From Chamaesiphon sp. (GTDB taxonomy: Bacteria > Cyanobacteriota > Cyanobacteriia > Cyanobacteriales > Chamaesiphonaceae): DNA of 64,000 bases. Below, piece by piece: positions 52,024-63,162 of the stretch (position 1 is its first letter; each line of letters opens with the position of its first letter). The DNA lies in contig CBDFFH010000052.1 in NCBI GenBank assembly GCA_965246715.1, forward strand, positions 32,001 through 96,000, in the 5' to 3' direction. Made by a program: the position numbers and the translations under genes. A model generated the notes under the pieces. That model did no database searches and was not told where the DNA came from. It saw only the letters and a list, made by a program, of their open reading frames with translations.

Positions 52024-54069
52024 ATGGGTAGGTTTATCTACATCCGCTGCTCATCTGATGGACTACTCATGCAGGATTCCCGCGAAATTGATTATTTCGG
52101 ACAACGCATTCTTCAAATCGTCCAGCCGCTAGCGGCTGGAACGGATCGTCGAGAAGTGCTGACTCTTTTAGCTCGATCGGTAGCTACCAACTTCGCAGCA
52201 GATGGCTGCTGGATATTACAGTACTCATCTCCAGGGATCGTCCGGATCGCGGCGAGTGCTTGCATCAGTCATCGGACTAACTCGATCGGGACGCAATTGA
52301 TAGATTATTTGCCACCAGCGGCACCAACGCCCACGCTCTGGCGGATGCCATTACTGCCAGACTATCAAGTGATGGCGATCGATCTCAATGACGGGCAGAA
52401 AGTAACGGGCTGCTTGCTGCTCGCGACCAAAGGTGTGGAATGGTACGAAGAGGCAAAATTAGTCCTCCAAGTTGTGTCGGACTATATCAGTACCGCCCTA
52501 CTCGAAGAAGATCTCTACATTCAAGCCCAGATTTCAGAAATTTACCCCAAGCTACATTATCGGCTGACTCAAGCAGTCGTTGAGAATCACAGTACCGAGC
52601 GACTATTTGAGATTGCTGTATCCGACATGGTAAATGCCTTGAAATTAAAGCGGGGATTAGTACTCACGCTTAAATCTAGCGATTTATCCAAGCCCAAACC
52701 CAGTCTGGAAACACCCCCGCCACAGAGCGAGCCGCCAGTCGCAGCAGAACCTTCGGACATTTGGGACGATCCCCAACCGAGTCAGCCCGCTGGATCGATC
52801 GTGGCAATCGCCGAAAGTAATCTGGCACCGAGCGCCCCTACCAAAAATTCGACTCAAGTACAGATCGTCACGGCGATCGAGACGCGCAAAGAAAATGCTC
52901 GATTGTTACCACCATTTTTTCTGTTAGAGAACTCTCACTTTTGCCAGGAAGCCTTGGCAAATGCTCCCCAGCCAACGATCTTCGATCGCGATCGCAACGG
53001 AACGGCGATCGATCGGGCGATCTTTCAAGACGATCGCTTGCCGAGTATCGCGATGATTCCGCTGATGGGTGCGAATGCTCCCGCACGGCAAGCCAGCAGC
53101 ATCAGCGATCGGGAGCCGACAGGAGCATTGTGGGGCTGGCTGGTACTGCAACACCATGAAAGTCGTCGCTGGCACCCAGTTGAATTAAACTTACTCCAGT
53201 GTCAGATCTATCAAATCGCGCTCGCGCGAATCCACAAAAAATCGCTCCAACAAGCGCGGACTAACGTTGCCAATCGCACCTCCCAAGTCCAAATTCTGCT
53301 GCAAATTCAGACGAAATTGCTAGCAGATGCCCGCAATCAAATGGAACGATTGAAACAGGCAAACGAACTCAAAGATGAGTTCATCAATACGATCGGTCAC
53401 GAACTCCGCACACCACTGACGAGTATGTCCTTGGCGATCAAAATGTTGCGTCAGCCCGAAATCGAACCCGATCGTCACAACCAATACCTCAATATCCTCG
53501 AAGAGCAGTGTCAGCGCGAAATCAAGCTGGTCAATGACCTGCTCAAGATGCAACAATTAGAATCAAAACAACTCGATTTTCGGCCTCAACCAGTCTCGAT
53601 CGATCGCTTTATCACCGAGCAAGCTACTTTTGTGGCCGATCGGTGGAACCAAAGTAAATCACTAGAATTAGCACTCCATCTGCCACCAGATTCTCCCAAA
53701 ATCGAAACTGATGCCGATAGTTTGAAGCATATTATCGAGGAGTTGCTGGTTAATGCTGGAAAATTTGCGCTGCCACAGACGATGGTTGAACTGTGGTTAT
53801 CGGTGAATTCCAGCTCGGCGATCGTTCGAGTTACCAATTTAAGCAAACCGATTGCTAGTGCTGATTTACCGCACTTATTCGACAAATTCCGGCGCGGAGC
53901 GGGCACAACGCAGCAAGCGATCGCGGGGACTGGTTTGGGGTTATCCTTGGTTAAAGCATTAGTCGAACATATCAAGGGAGAAATAGCGGTTACTAGCACA
54001 CCCGTTGCAGAGGCGATCTCCAAAACCTGTTTCACCCTGACAATTCCGTTAGTCCTCGAACGTCACTAG
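52024..54069 (+). CDS. GAF-domain sensor histidine kinase
   Basis: Two GAF-like regions; HELRTPL, NAGKF, GTGLGL; start possibly 52069. Confidence 0.92.
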   Translation: MGRFIYIRCSSDGLLMQDSREIDYFGQRILQIVQPLAAGTDRREVLTLLARSVATNFAADGCWILQYSSPGIVRIAASACISHRTNSIGTQLIDYLPPAAPTPTLWRMPLLPDYQVMAIDLNDGQKVTGCLLLATKGVEWYEEAKLVLQVVSDYISTALLEEDLYIQAQISEIYPKLHYRLTQAVVENHSTERLFEIAVSDMVNALKLKRGLVLTLKSSDLSKPKPSLETPPPQSEPPVAAEPSDIWDDPQPSQPAGSIVAIAESNLAPSAPTKNSTQVQIVTAIETRKENARLLPPFFLLENSHFCQEALANAPQPTIFDRDRNGTAIDRAIFQDDRLPSIAMIPLMGANAPARQASSISDREPTGALWGWLVLQHHESRRWHPVELNLLQCQIYQIALARIHKKSLQQARTNVANRTSQVQILLQIQTKLLADARNQMERLKQANELKDEFINTIGHELRTPLTSMSLAIKMLRQPEIEPDRHNQYLNILEEQCQREIKLVNDLLKMQQLESKQLDFRPQPVSIDRFITEQATFVADRWNQSKSLELALHLPPDSPKIETDADSLKHIIEELLVNAGKFALPQTMVELWLSVNSSSAIVRVTNLSKPIASADLPHLFDKFRRGAGTTQQAIAGTGLGLSLVKALVEHIKGEIAVTSTPVAEAISKTCFTLTIPLVLERH

Positions 54070-54070
54070 C

Positions 54071-55870
54071 TTGAGAAAGTCATCTACCATCTGGAGATTT
54101 GGAGCGCGACCGCCAGTAACCGCAGTTGTACCGTCGCCAGAAGTTGCCACAACCGCTCGAGAGCGCCAGCTTCATGTTGACACCAACGATCTGATGGCGC
54201 ACCACCAACTGCCGAGCGCGCGACCGTTGCGCTGGCAAAAAACTAAATACTCACTCTCAGCTCGTCAATTCGATATTTTTACTGCTGCTGCGAGGTTGGG
54301 GCTGGCACTGATCCAAAATCGGTTATTTCCCACCACCAACGAGCGCTATCACCGTCGCCGCGCGCAACAGTTGGTAAATACCACGATCGGGTTAGGGCCG
54401 ACTTTTATTAAGATCGGTCAATCTTTATCGACGCGAGTGGACTTTTTCTCACCGATTTATATTGAGGCACTGAGTCAGTTACAAGATCGCGTTCCCGCTT
54501 TTAGCGTAGATGAAGCGATCGTGATTATCGAAACCGAACTCGATACGCCGATCCAGAAATTATTAGCCAAATTCGACCCAGTACCGATCGCCGCCGCTAG
54601 CCTGGGACAGGTACATAAAGCCAAGTTGCCAACGGGTGATGAGATCGTCATCAAAGTCCAGCGTCCCGGATTACGCCAATTATTTGAACTAGACTTTCAA
54701 GTAATCGATAAATTATTGTGGTGGGTCGCGCTAGTCTTACCGAAGAAGCGCGCTCGCGAACTTAGAGCGATTTATCAAGAATTTTTTACGCTGCTATTTC
54801 AAGAAATTGACTATACCAAAGAAGGCCACAACGCCGAGCGCTTTCGGGAGAATTTTAAGGAAAGCGCACTCGTCACCGCACCCAAAATTTACTGGCGCTA
54901 TACCACTTGCAAGGTATTGACGATGAGCTATCTACCAGGGATTAAAATCGACGATCGCGCCACTTTAGAAGCATGTGGCTTTGACCCCAAGCAAATCAAT
55001 CAACTGGGTATTTGTTGCTATCTCAAACAACTCTTAGTCGATGGCTTTTTTCAAGCCGATCCGCATCCGGGAAATATGGCGATCGCGACTGATGGGAGAT
55101 TGGTGGTCTATGATTTTGGGATGATGGCCGAATTAAAGGAAATCTCTACCACCCTAACGATCGATACCTTTTGGGCGGTGATGAAAAAAGATAGCGAAGC
55201 TGTCATCGCACATTTAATAGAAATGGGGCTGATCGTCCAGATGGACGATATGCAGCCGATTCGCCGCGTTATTGAATTTCTGCTCGAGCGCTTTACCGAT
55301 CGTCCGGTGGATGTGCGCGAATTTAATTTAATCAAGCGGGAGATGACCGCACTATTTATCCATCAGCCATTTCAACTCTCCCCCGAAATGAGCTTTATTC
55401 TCAAAGCTTTATCGACCCTCGATGGGATCGCCCGCACCTTAGATCCAGAATATAACTTAGTTGCTGCCGCTCAACCATTTATTCGTAGCGTCGCGATCGC
55501 CGAACGTGGCAATATCGTCAGTCATCTGGGCAAACAGATAACTAATTATCTCAAGGATCGAGTCACTCGCCCTCGGGGTAAGAAATTATTGATGCAGCAA
55601 TTGGAGCAACGTCTCGCCCAAAGCGAACGCGAAAATGCGGGACTAGCCCAAACCAACCAGCAGCTACGGCGACTGGTGAATTTAATAATTTATAATCTCA
55701 TCTGGCTGTGCTTGACTGGCTTAAGTGCGATCGTGGCAATCTCGATCGGCTCGGCTCATCCATCATCGTCGTTACTCCTGTGGGGAATTACTGGTCTATT
55801 TGGATGCATTTGCTTCGGATCTTTCGTCTGCGCGATCGGTCAGGCTCGACGATCTAACCGATCGATGTAA
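54071..55870 (+). CDS. AarF/ABC1/UbiB family atypical kinase
   Basis: LGPTFIK.GQ, AASLGQVH, KVQRP, ADPHPGN, DFG. Confidence 0.95.
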   Translation: MRKSSTIWRFGARPPVTAVVPSPEVATTARERQLHVDTNDLMAHHQLPSARPLRWQKTKYSLSARQFDIFTAAARLGLALIQNRLFPTTNERYHRRRAQQLVNTTIGLGPTFIKIGQSLSTRVDFFSPIYIEALSQLQDRVPAFSVDEAIVIIETELDTPIQKLLAKFDPVPIAAASLGQVHKAKLPTGDEIVIKVQRPGLRQLFELDFQVIDKLLWWVALVLPKKRARELRAIYQEFFTLLFQEIDYTKEGHNAERFRENFKESALVTAPKIYWRYTTCKVLTMSYLPGIKIDDRATLEACGFDPKQINQLGICCYLKQLLVDGFFQADPHPGNMAIATDGRLVVYDFGMMAELKEISTTLTIDTFWAVMKKDSEAVIAHLIEMGLIVQMDDMQPIRRVIEFLLERFTDRPVDVREFNLIKREMTALFIHQPFQLSPEMSFILKALSTLDGIARTLDPEYNLVAAAQPFIRSVAIAERGNIVSHLGKQITNYLKDRVTRPRGKKLLMQQLEQRLAQSERENAGLAQTNQQLRRLVNLIIYNLIWLCLTGLSAIVAISIGSAHPSSSLLLWGITGLFGCICFGSFVCAIGQARRSNRSM

Positions 55871-55909
55871 ACTCAGCAGAACCGCTCATTCCAATTCAAA
55901 ACCCCTCGG

Positions 55910-55940
55910 AAAAGATCGGCATTATCGCCCGATCTTTTTT
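55910..55940 (+). terminator. Intrinsic terminator
   Basis: aaaagatcgg / ccgatctttttt. Confidence 0.75.
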
Positions 55941-56183
55941 GACATTAAATCGCTAAACTTTGCTAAATTCGCGCCAATTATATTGACGGTCGCCTCTTAA
56001 TCTCCGCTCCGATCTTTTGCTAGTCATCATTTCATCCACTCGATCTGCGTCGGTGATATCGATCGTTGACACGCTCTTTAGTAGTATGGTCTAATCTTTG
56101 GAGTCAGTATTTACACGTATTGCTGGATAATAGCTTGAGTTAAAGTATACACATCAGCCCAGTTATTATCTTCTAGGATTATT

Positions 56184-59100
56184 ATGTTTGGATCGGCCAA
56201 AAATTCCGTTGTAACAGCTATCTCCGATCGCGAGCGCCAACTTGAAGTTGGCATTCGTCTAGCTTTAGTACAATTGAATGATTGGCTCCAAGGTAAGGAC
56301 GATCTCCAACAACTCGATTTAGCATTTGGTAATAACTGGAATCGCAGCAAAGGCTTCCGGCTAATACAAGACTGGGCGAGCGGCAAGCAGTTACCAACAA
56401 TCGAAGTTGTTACGGCTACTCAACTCAATGGTGGGAATGGTGCATTCGACAGCACCAACAACAAAATTTACATCAGTCAAGAGTTACTAGCAAATCAGCA
56501 ACAATCGCCAACTCTATTCACTGCGGTTCTACTAGAAGAATTAGGTCATTATTTTGACAAGGCAGTTAACAAGCAAGATAGCCCTGGCGATGAAGGAGCG
56601 ATCTTTGCCAAACTGATTCAAGGTACGCAAATTAGTAGTATTGAATTAGCAAGTCTCAAGCAAGAAGCCGATCTAACTCAGGTAACAATTGATGGTACTG
56701 TCCACAATCTCGAGCTGAGTACTACTTATGGTAATATCACCGTTGATGGTAGTTTAGCTGATTGGACGGCAAGCGACAGGCTTGATTCGGCCGCCAATGG
56801 TACCGCCCAAGTTGGGTATGAGCTATATGGCAAGTATAATGCCAATAACTACCTGTTTGCGATTAAATCCGCCCAAGCGATCGGTGCGGGTACGACCATC
56901 TGGTTGAATACCGACCAAAATAAGTCGACTGGCTATCAAGTGTTCGGATATGCTGGTGGTGCCGAATATAACATTAACTTTGCGACTGATGGCAAAGCCT
57001 ACCTTTACAGTGGTGCTGACGGCCAGAACTATATCGCGCCGCTAGATTACAGTATCAGTGCCGATGGTTTGAGTGCTGAAGTTGCAGTTTCAGCCGCCTT
57101 GCTGGGTGCTACAGCACCAACAGCGATCGATATCTTGGCAGATGTTAATAACAACGTTTTCCTTCCTGGCGACTATAGCAGTACTGCTAAATTGACGGTC
57201 TCTCAGTCAGGAAATTTACCGCTCCCGCCATTCACACCCAAGAATACCTACGGTAATATCACTCTAGATGGTAGTTTGGCCGATTGGACGGCGATCGATC
57301 GGCTGGATTACTTACCCAGTCAGCAAGTAGCGGGCTATAGCGTTTATGGTAAAAATACCGCTGACGGTTATGTATTGGCAATTAACGCCGCTGAAGCCAT
57401 CGGTGCAAATACGACGATTTGGTTGAATACCGACCAAAATAAAGCTAGCGGCTTTCAAGTATTTGGTTCGACTGTAGGTGCGGAATATAACATCAACATT
57501 GCTGTCGATGGTAAGCCTTACCTGTACAGCGGTGCCGCCGGACAAACTTTGGTCGGACAACTAGATTTCGCGCTCAGTGCTGACAAAAAAACCTTGGAAG
57601 TGGCGATTCCCAAGGCGAGCATGACTGTCACGGGGAATGGCATTCAGGCCGCAATCGATGTCAACGATCGCACGTTCTTACCAGGAGATTATGCTAGCAA
57701 TAGCTTGAGCATTAGCAGTGCGCCACTCCCCACCCGGACTAATCTCAGTAAGCGCATCGCGATCGTCTATTCGGAGACTTCCGCGAGTAAATTCTTCGAT
57801 CGCAAAGCCTACAATCAGTTATTTGCCGCCGCTCAAAGTCAAGCAATGCAATCTGGTGTGCCGTTCGACTTAATCACTGAAAGCGATCTTAAAGATTTAG
57901 GCAAGCTCGTTAACTATGATGCATTAGTATGTCCCTCCTTTACCAACGTCAACAAAGCCGACTTAGGGGCGATCGAAAATTCGCTCAATCAAGCGGTTGC
58001 CAAATACGGGATCGGCATCATCACCTCTGGCGATTTCATGAGCAATGATGAGACAGGAGCCGCATTAGCTGGCGATCCTTACAGCCGGATGAAAAACTTG
58101 CTGGGTGTCCAACGGACTGCTGGCGGTGGCGTATTCAATGCCGTCGTCAAAGCCAAAGATGTTAGTGGTGGGATCCTGTTGCCTGGTTATACAACTGGCG
58201 AACAGTTGATTAATTACGACAAAGGGACGGCATTTGCGGCTTATAGTGCCGTCGGTGCTGGCACGGTTCTCGCCGAGCAAACCGTTAATGGGGCGAATTA
58301 TAATGCGATCGTCGCTACCCAAACCGGCGGTCAAAACGTTCACTTTGCCAACCAGTCGATCTTCGCCGATAGTAAAATTGTCGCACAAGCGATCGATGCG
58401 ATCGTTTACAAAAACCAAGCTAGAGTCAGCCTCGACCTCACCCGCAATACCAGCTTATTCCTCTCCCGGGATGATGTCGATCAATCAAAATATTCGCTCG
58501 CTGCGCCAACCGTCGAAGCTAAACTAGCCGATGTCCTTACCCAATGGAAAACCAAATATGGGTTCGTCGGTACCCACTTTATCAACATCGGTAACGATCC
58601 AGCTAACGACCAATCCACCGATTGGAATGTCATGCGACCGATTTACCAACGGTGGCTGGCATTGGGTAACGAAATCGGCACCCACTCTTATACTCACCCG
58701 CTAACTCCCAGCAACCTCACGCCAACCGAAGTTGAATTTGAATTCAACCAATCCAAGAATGTCATCAGTCAGCAACTCGGTATTAACGTTACTGGAGCTG
58801 GGACACCCGGCAATCCCGATAGTTTAGCATTAGACCAACAACTCGATAACTATTTTCAATACTATACTGGGGTCGGTACCGCTTATAACAGCGCTTTCGG
58901 CTTTTTCGACCCCACCTCTAAAGCAGTTTACTTTGCGCCGAATATCTCGTTTGACTTTAATGCGATCGAATTTCTCGGCTTGACCAACGCGCAAACCGAA
59001 GCCTTATGGAATACCGAGTATAACCAATTGCGAAGCCACGCTAACAAGCCGATTATCGAGTTTGCTTGGCATGATTATGGCGCAACAGGCACCGATCCCT

Positions 59101-60509
59101 TGTACAACGCTGCAATTTACGAGAACTTTATCGCCAAAGCTGCCGCTGATGGTACCGAATTTGTCACTTTTAATGACGCGCAAAATCGGATTCGCACCTT
59201 CGGCAAATCTCAACTCACCGTCAACCAAGTCGGGGATGTTATTTCAGCTACAGCGACTCCAGATATTACCACATCCGGACTGGGTACCTTCTCCCTCGAT
59301 ATCCAATCCACCAAACAAATCAAGAACGTTACCAACTACTACGCCTTCGATAAGGACTCCGTATTCTTAACTAAAGCTGGTGGTAGCTTCACGATTAATC
59401 TTGGTGTAACCGCAGATAATGTCACCCATATTAGCGCCCTCGCCCAACGCGCCGAACTCCTCTCCGTCACTGGCGACGGTCAGAATCTCGACTACAGCTT
59501 TAATGGTCAAGGTAAAATCTCGATCGATCTCAATATCCCGACGGGTAAAGGTGTCACCGCAACTGGAGCCGATAGCTTCACCTTAGTCGGCAATCGGTTG
59601 GAAATGACCTTTAATAACACTGGTACGCATACTGCCAAAGTCCTGTTGGGTAACGATCTCGCACCGACGATCGCCAACCAGATCGCCAATATTACAGTTA
59701 ATGAGACAGCTACGACTACCTCGCTCGATCTCACCAATGTCTTTAAAGATCTCGACACCACCACCGATTTGAGTCAAATCGCCAAATCGATTCAAGTAGC
59801 TGGTAATATTAGTATCGCTACGGCGGCGATCGTCGGCAATATGCTTACGCTTAAATATCAACCCTACGCCTTTGGTTCTTCCCAAGTTACCATTCGTGGT
59901 ACATCTGGTGGTAAAACCGTCGATAATACCTTTACCGTCACCCGTAAGGCCAGCAATCTCCCCGCGAACGCCACTTCCACCTTCGTTAACGGTGGTGCTA
60001 ATGGCGATATCCTCACAGGTAGTACTGCCACTAATAATATCATCCAAGGTTTTGCTGGGAACGATCGATTGACTGCTGGTAGCAAAAATGACGTTCTGAT
60101 CGGCGGTACAGGCAACGATACGCTCATCGGTGGCGCAGGGAAAGATATTTTGGTAGGTGTCGATCCCACTAGTGCTACTGCTGGTCGCAGTGAAATCGAT
60201 ACACTTACTAGTGCGGGTCTAGGCGATCGGTTTGTCCTCGGTGATGTCAATCAGGTTTACTATAATGATGGCAACAATACTAATAGTGGTCTAAATGACT
60301 ACGCCAAAATCGTCGGCTTCTCATCGACTGCGGGCGATATCATCCAACTCAAAGGTAAAGCCGCAGACTACTCTCTCAGCTCGCCTCCGCTCCTGTTGGG
60401 TCTTGGTACTGCGATTTACAACAATACCTTCGGTCAACCAGAATTGATTGGTGTCGTCCAAAATGTCTTTGGACTGAGCTTGACTGGTAGCTACATTAAT
60501 TACGTTTAA
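56184..60509 (+). CDS. Large RTX-type secreted protein with polysaccharide deacetylase (NodB-like) domain
   Basis: EELGH N-domain; duplicated 174-aa module; SRDDVD and EIGTHSYTH deacetylase motifs; Ig/cadherin-like domain; GGxGxD nonapeptides near the C-terminus. Confidence 0.85.
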   Translation: MFGSAKNSVVTAISDRERQLEVGIRLALVQLNDWLQGKDDLQQLDLAFGNNWNRSKGFRLIQDWASGKQLPTIEVVTATQLNGGNGAFDSTNNKIYISQELLANQQQSPTLFTAVLLEELGHYFDKAVNKQDSPGDEGAIFAKLIQGTQISSIELASLKQEADLTQVTIDGTVHNLELSTTYGNITVDGSLADWTASDRLDSAANGTAQVGYELYGKYNANNYLFAIKSAQAIGAGTTIWLNTDQNKSTGYQVFGYAGGAEYNINFATDGKAYLYSGADGQNYIAPLDYSISADGLSAEVAVSAALLGATAPTAIDILADVNNNVFLPGDYSSTAKLTVSQSGNLPLPPFTPKNTYGNITLDGSLADWTAIDRLDYLPSQQVAGYSVYGKNTADGYVLAINAAEAIGANTTIWLNTDQNKASGFQVFGSTVGAEYNINIAVDGKPYLYSGAAGQTLVGQLDFALSADKKTLEVAIPKASMTVTGNGIQAAIDVNDRTFLPGDYASNSLSISSAPLPTRTNLSKRIAIVYSETSASKFFDRKAYNQLFAAAQSQAMQSGVPFDLITESDLKDLGKLVNYDALVCPSFTNVNKADLGAIENSLNQAVAKYGIGIITSGDFMSNDETGAALAGDPYSRMKNLLGVQRTAGGGVFNAVVKAKDVSGGILLPGYTTGEQLINYDKGTAFAAYSAVGAGTVLAEQTVNGANYNAIVATQTGGQNVHFANQSIFADSKIVAQAIDAIVYKNQARVSLDLTRNTSLFLSRDDVDQSKYSLAAPTVEAKLADVLTQWKTKYGFVGTHFINIGNDPANDQSTDWNVMRPIYQRWLALGNEIGTHSYTHPLTPSNLTPTEVEFEFNQSKNVISQQLGINVTGAGTPGNPDSLALDQQLDNYFQYYTGVGTAYNSAFGFFDPTSKAVYFAPNISFDFNAIEFLGLTNAQTEALWNTEYNQLRSHANKPIIEFAWHDYGATGTDPLYNAAIYENFIAKAAADGTEFVTFNDAQNRIRTFGKSQLTVNQVGDVISATATPDITTSGLGTFSLDIQSTKQIKNVTNYYAFDKDSVFLTKAGGSFTINLGVTADNVTHISALAQRAELLSVTGDGQNLDYSFNGQGKISIDLNIPTGKGVTATGADSFTLVGNRLEMTFNNTGTHTAKVLLGNDLAPTIANQIANITVNETATTTSLDLTNVFKDLDTTTDLSQIAKSIQVAGNISIATAAIVGNMLTLKYQPYAFGSSQVTIRGTSGGKTVDNTFTVTRKASNLPANATSTFVNGGANGDILTGSTATNNIIQGFAGNDRLTAGSKNDVLIGGTGNDTLIGGAGKDILVGVDPTSATAGRSEIDTLTSAGLGDRFVLGDVNQVYYNDGNNTNSGLNDYAKIVGFSSTAGDIIQLKGKAADYSLSSPPLLLGLGTAIYNNTFGQPELIGVVQNVFGLSLTGSYINYV

Positions 60510-60661
60510 TGATGTAGCTAGATTAGGGCACCCCAATCCAAAAAACTGTATTGCTGAATCAGGGGATGAAAAAGGGAAATACGGGTAGAGAGAGCGGTAT
60601 TGCAACAGCAGTAAATCGCTCTCAAATCGGAAATGCCACAAAACTAAACATCCCAACGTTT

Positions 60662-60805
60662 AAAGCGATTGCCTTCAGCTCCATTCAGTAAAATAGTCGG
60701 CTATCCAAAGATATTTGTCATGAAAATCGCTCCGAAACGTTGGTGTCGTTTGGCAGTAAAATCTCGATCGCGAAAAAAGTCGATCGTCTCGCCAATAAAT
60801 GGCAA
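60662..60805 (-). pseudogene. Cytochrome P450 (CYP120-like) N-terminal fragment
   Basis: LPFIGETIDFFRDRDFTAKRHQRFGAIFMTNIFG*PTILLNGAEGNRF, with in-frame TAG at 60703-60701. Confidence 0.7.
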
Positions 60806-61114
60806 TCTGGTATTGATGTCGGCTATGGGTGATTTTATTCGGGTCTGGCCATTCTTCAATGCACTCAGCTAGTCCTCGACAGATCTGTTCTTGTTCTTCG
60901 GCCTGTCTTGCTAATAATATTCCGGCATCTGAACTCAGTTCTAAGTCTGAATATCGGACTACTAACTGTCGCCGATCGTAAAAATTATAGGGGAGTGGAG
61001 AAATACACTCTGTCATGTCAAAATGAGGATGCTTATTTGTTTGTATAGCCTGATTCTACTCAGTTTCAGGCTTTTTATTATCTTCTTTTTGCATTCCTTC
61101 ATGAATTATCCAGG
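60806..61114 (-). mobile_element. IS1380-family remnant (left end plus transposase N-terminus)
   Basis: LSSDAGILL.RQ.E...DP.KITHS; putative end CCTGGATAATTCATG at 61114. Confidence 0.75.
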
Positions 61115-61596
61115 TTAAATTCGTCGATGGTCAATGGTGCGCGGCTGATCGGCCCCGCGATCGCAGGTGTCGTAATCGCCCGCATTGGTCCTGGCTACTG
61201 TTTTCTATTGGACGGAATTAGTTATATCGCTGTCATTATTAGATTGATATTGATGCAGTTGAAGCCGCAACCACGTTTTGCTAGCAATCTCAGGCTATTA
61301 GAGCGCATTAGAAAAGGATTTGATTATGCGTTTGCGTCTCTACCGATCCCGTGGATTTTAATATTGATGACTATCTTCAGTCTCACCACCATGTCCTACA
61401 CAACCTTGATGCCAGTCGTCTCAACCGAAATTTTGCATGGTGACGCGCATACTCTGGGATTTCTGCTTTCGGCTGCTGGGGTGGGCGCATTGCTTGGGGG
61501 AGCTTATCTGAGTAATCGATCGTTTTAGTAGGGCTAGGAAAAGTGGTGGCATACGCACCAATTTTATGCGGTGTCGGATTGATTGGATTCGCAGCT
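61115..61596 (+). pseudogene. Internal fragment of an MFS transporter
   Basis: LNSSMVNGARLIGPAIAG...G...LG.L..A.G.GAL.G; frameshift near 61528; both ends missing. Confidence 0.8.
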
Positions 61597-61819
61597 CCGC
61601 TCAAGCACCATCATGAACTAGAATTTCGGGCTAATGACTAAGTTTTGAGGGAATTAGCACTCAATATTAATTCACTCCTTACTAATACCGAACGTTGAGT
61701 AACTGTGAGTGAAATCGCGCTGAGGTTCCCTCCGCGTGCGTTTCACTCAAGACAGCCGAAGGCAATCCAAGCTAGCACACTCGCAATCCATTCGCAGTGG
61801 AGTCTGAGGCGCGGTACTT

Positions 61820-62354
61820 CCTTGTGAGCTTGAGAAGGTTTGGCTGAGAGTTCAAATTGAATCTTAGTCATCATCTGGGGGTAAACCTGCTCTAGGGCTT
61901 GAGTTAGCATCGCTGGGTGATAGCCGTTATTATCAAGATCGTGGTTTTGGGAAGATCCACGGGTTTAGATTTGAAGTAATCGATATTTGCCCAAAGCATT
62001 TCAATTAACCTGTTGGCGCGCCTGAGGATGCAAATTGGTCATGATTTGAGCGAGGATGTCCTCTTCACACCACTGCTGGTAATGCCAGAATCCGGTCGAA
62101 TAGGGCGGTAAATCTCTGGGTAAATCGCCCAATTACAACCATTTTTGAGTTGATAAAATATGCCGGTGAGGATTTGCCGCTTTGTCCACACAGGGGGTCT
62201 GGTTTTCTTCTTTTGAGGCAGCAATGGCTCAATTATTTCCCACTCCTTGTCTGTCACATCACTTGAATATCCCATGATTTCCACTGCCATGCTTGGACTT
62301 CACCGATTTTAATCGATTCTACCCGATCGCTTAAAAGATCTCAAATGGGTTCTA
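61820..62354 (-). mobile_element. Degenerate IS5-family element
   Basis: YSSD.TD.EW.IIEPLLP...I.YQLKNGCNW, then frameshifted IEML..NIDYFKSKP and QVYPQ.MTKI.FELS.KP pieces; end sequence TAGAACCCATTTGAGATC at about 62354. Confidence 0.85.
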
Positions 62355-62357
62355 TAC

Positions 62358-62373
62358 GGTAGCAACTTGGGGT
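62358..62373 (+). mobile_element. Solo right TIR of MITE family A
   Basis: ggtagcaacttggggt next to the IS5 end. Confidence 0.6.
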
Positions 62374-62491
62374 AAAAATAAATAGGTTTGAGCCGATTAC
62401 TACGAGATCGATATTTGCGACGTACCAACTAAACGAGCAGTGAAAGCTTATAATTGACCCGTCAATCGATCGCCACATCACATCACGATCC

Positions 62492-63142
62492 ATGCTGTTT
62501 AACATTGCTATTACCACAGGTGTCTTTTTACTTGCTTACCTATGTGGCTCGTTGCCGACTGGATATCTAGCAGGTAAGTTATTACAAGGGATCGATATTC
62601 GCGAACATGGTTCGGGTTCGACGGGAGCGACAAATGTCTTGCGAACTTTGGGTAAAGTTCCTGGTTCGATCGTGTTGTTAATTGACGCACTTAAAGGCGT
62701 ATTGGCAGTGACGATCGCGCGGGAGATATTTACGCTCGATCTGTTCCCGACATTGCCCAGCCAATGGGAAGACTATTTAATCCCGTTAGCCGCTACCGGT
62801 GCGTTGCTGGGGCATAGTAAATCGATCTGGCTAAAGTTTGGTGGGGGTAAATCTGTCGCTACTGGGGTAGGTGTCTTACTGGCGATGTCTTGGCAAGTTG
62901 GCTTGGCAACGATGGCGGTATTTAGTCTGACGATCGCAATTAGTCGGATCGTGTCGATTAGCTCGATTGTGGGGGCACTTTCGGTTACTTTGTGGATGGT
63001 GGTATTCGCCCGACCTTTGCCAGCGCTAGTTTTTGCGATCGTTGGCGGTATTTATGTCACTTGGTTGCACCGCAAGAATATCGATCGACTACTTGCCGGT
63101 ACGGAGCCAAAACTCGGACAGAAGCTAGAATCGAGTACCTAG
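62492..63142 (+). CDS. plsY: Glycerol-3-phosphate acyltransferase
   Basis: DIREHGSGSTGATNV.R, D.LKG, GH, F.GGKSVAT, HR.NI.RL..GTE. Confidence 0.97.
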   Translation: MLFNIAITTGVFLLAYLCGSLPTGYLAGKLLQGIDIREHGSGSTGATNVLRTLGKVPGSIVLLIDALKGVLAVTIAREIFTLDLFPTLPSQWEDYLIPLAATGALLGHSKSIWLKFGGGKSVATGVGVLLAMSWQVGLATMAVFSLTIAISRIVSISSIVGALSVTLWMVVFARPLPALVFAIVGGIYVTWLHRKNIDRLLAGTEPKLGQKLESST

Positions 63143-63162
63143 CCACTTTCTACCACTATCTA

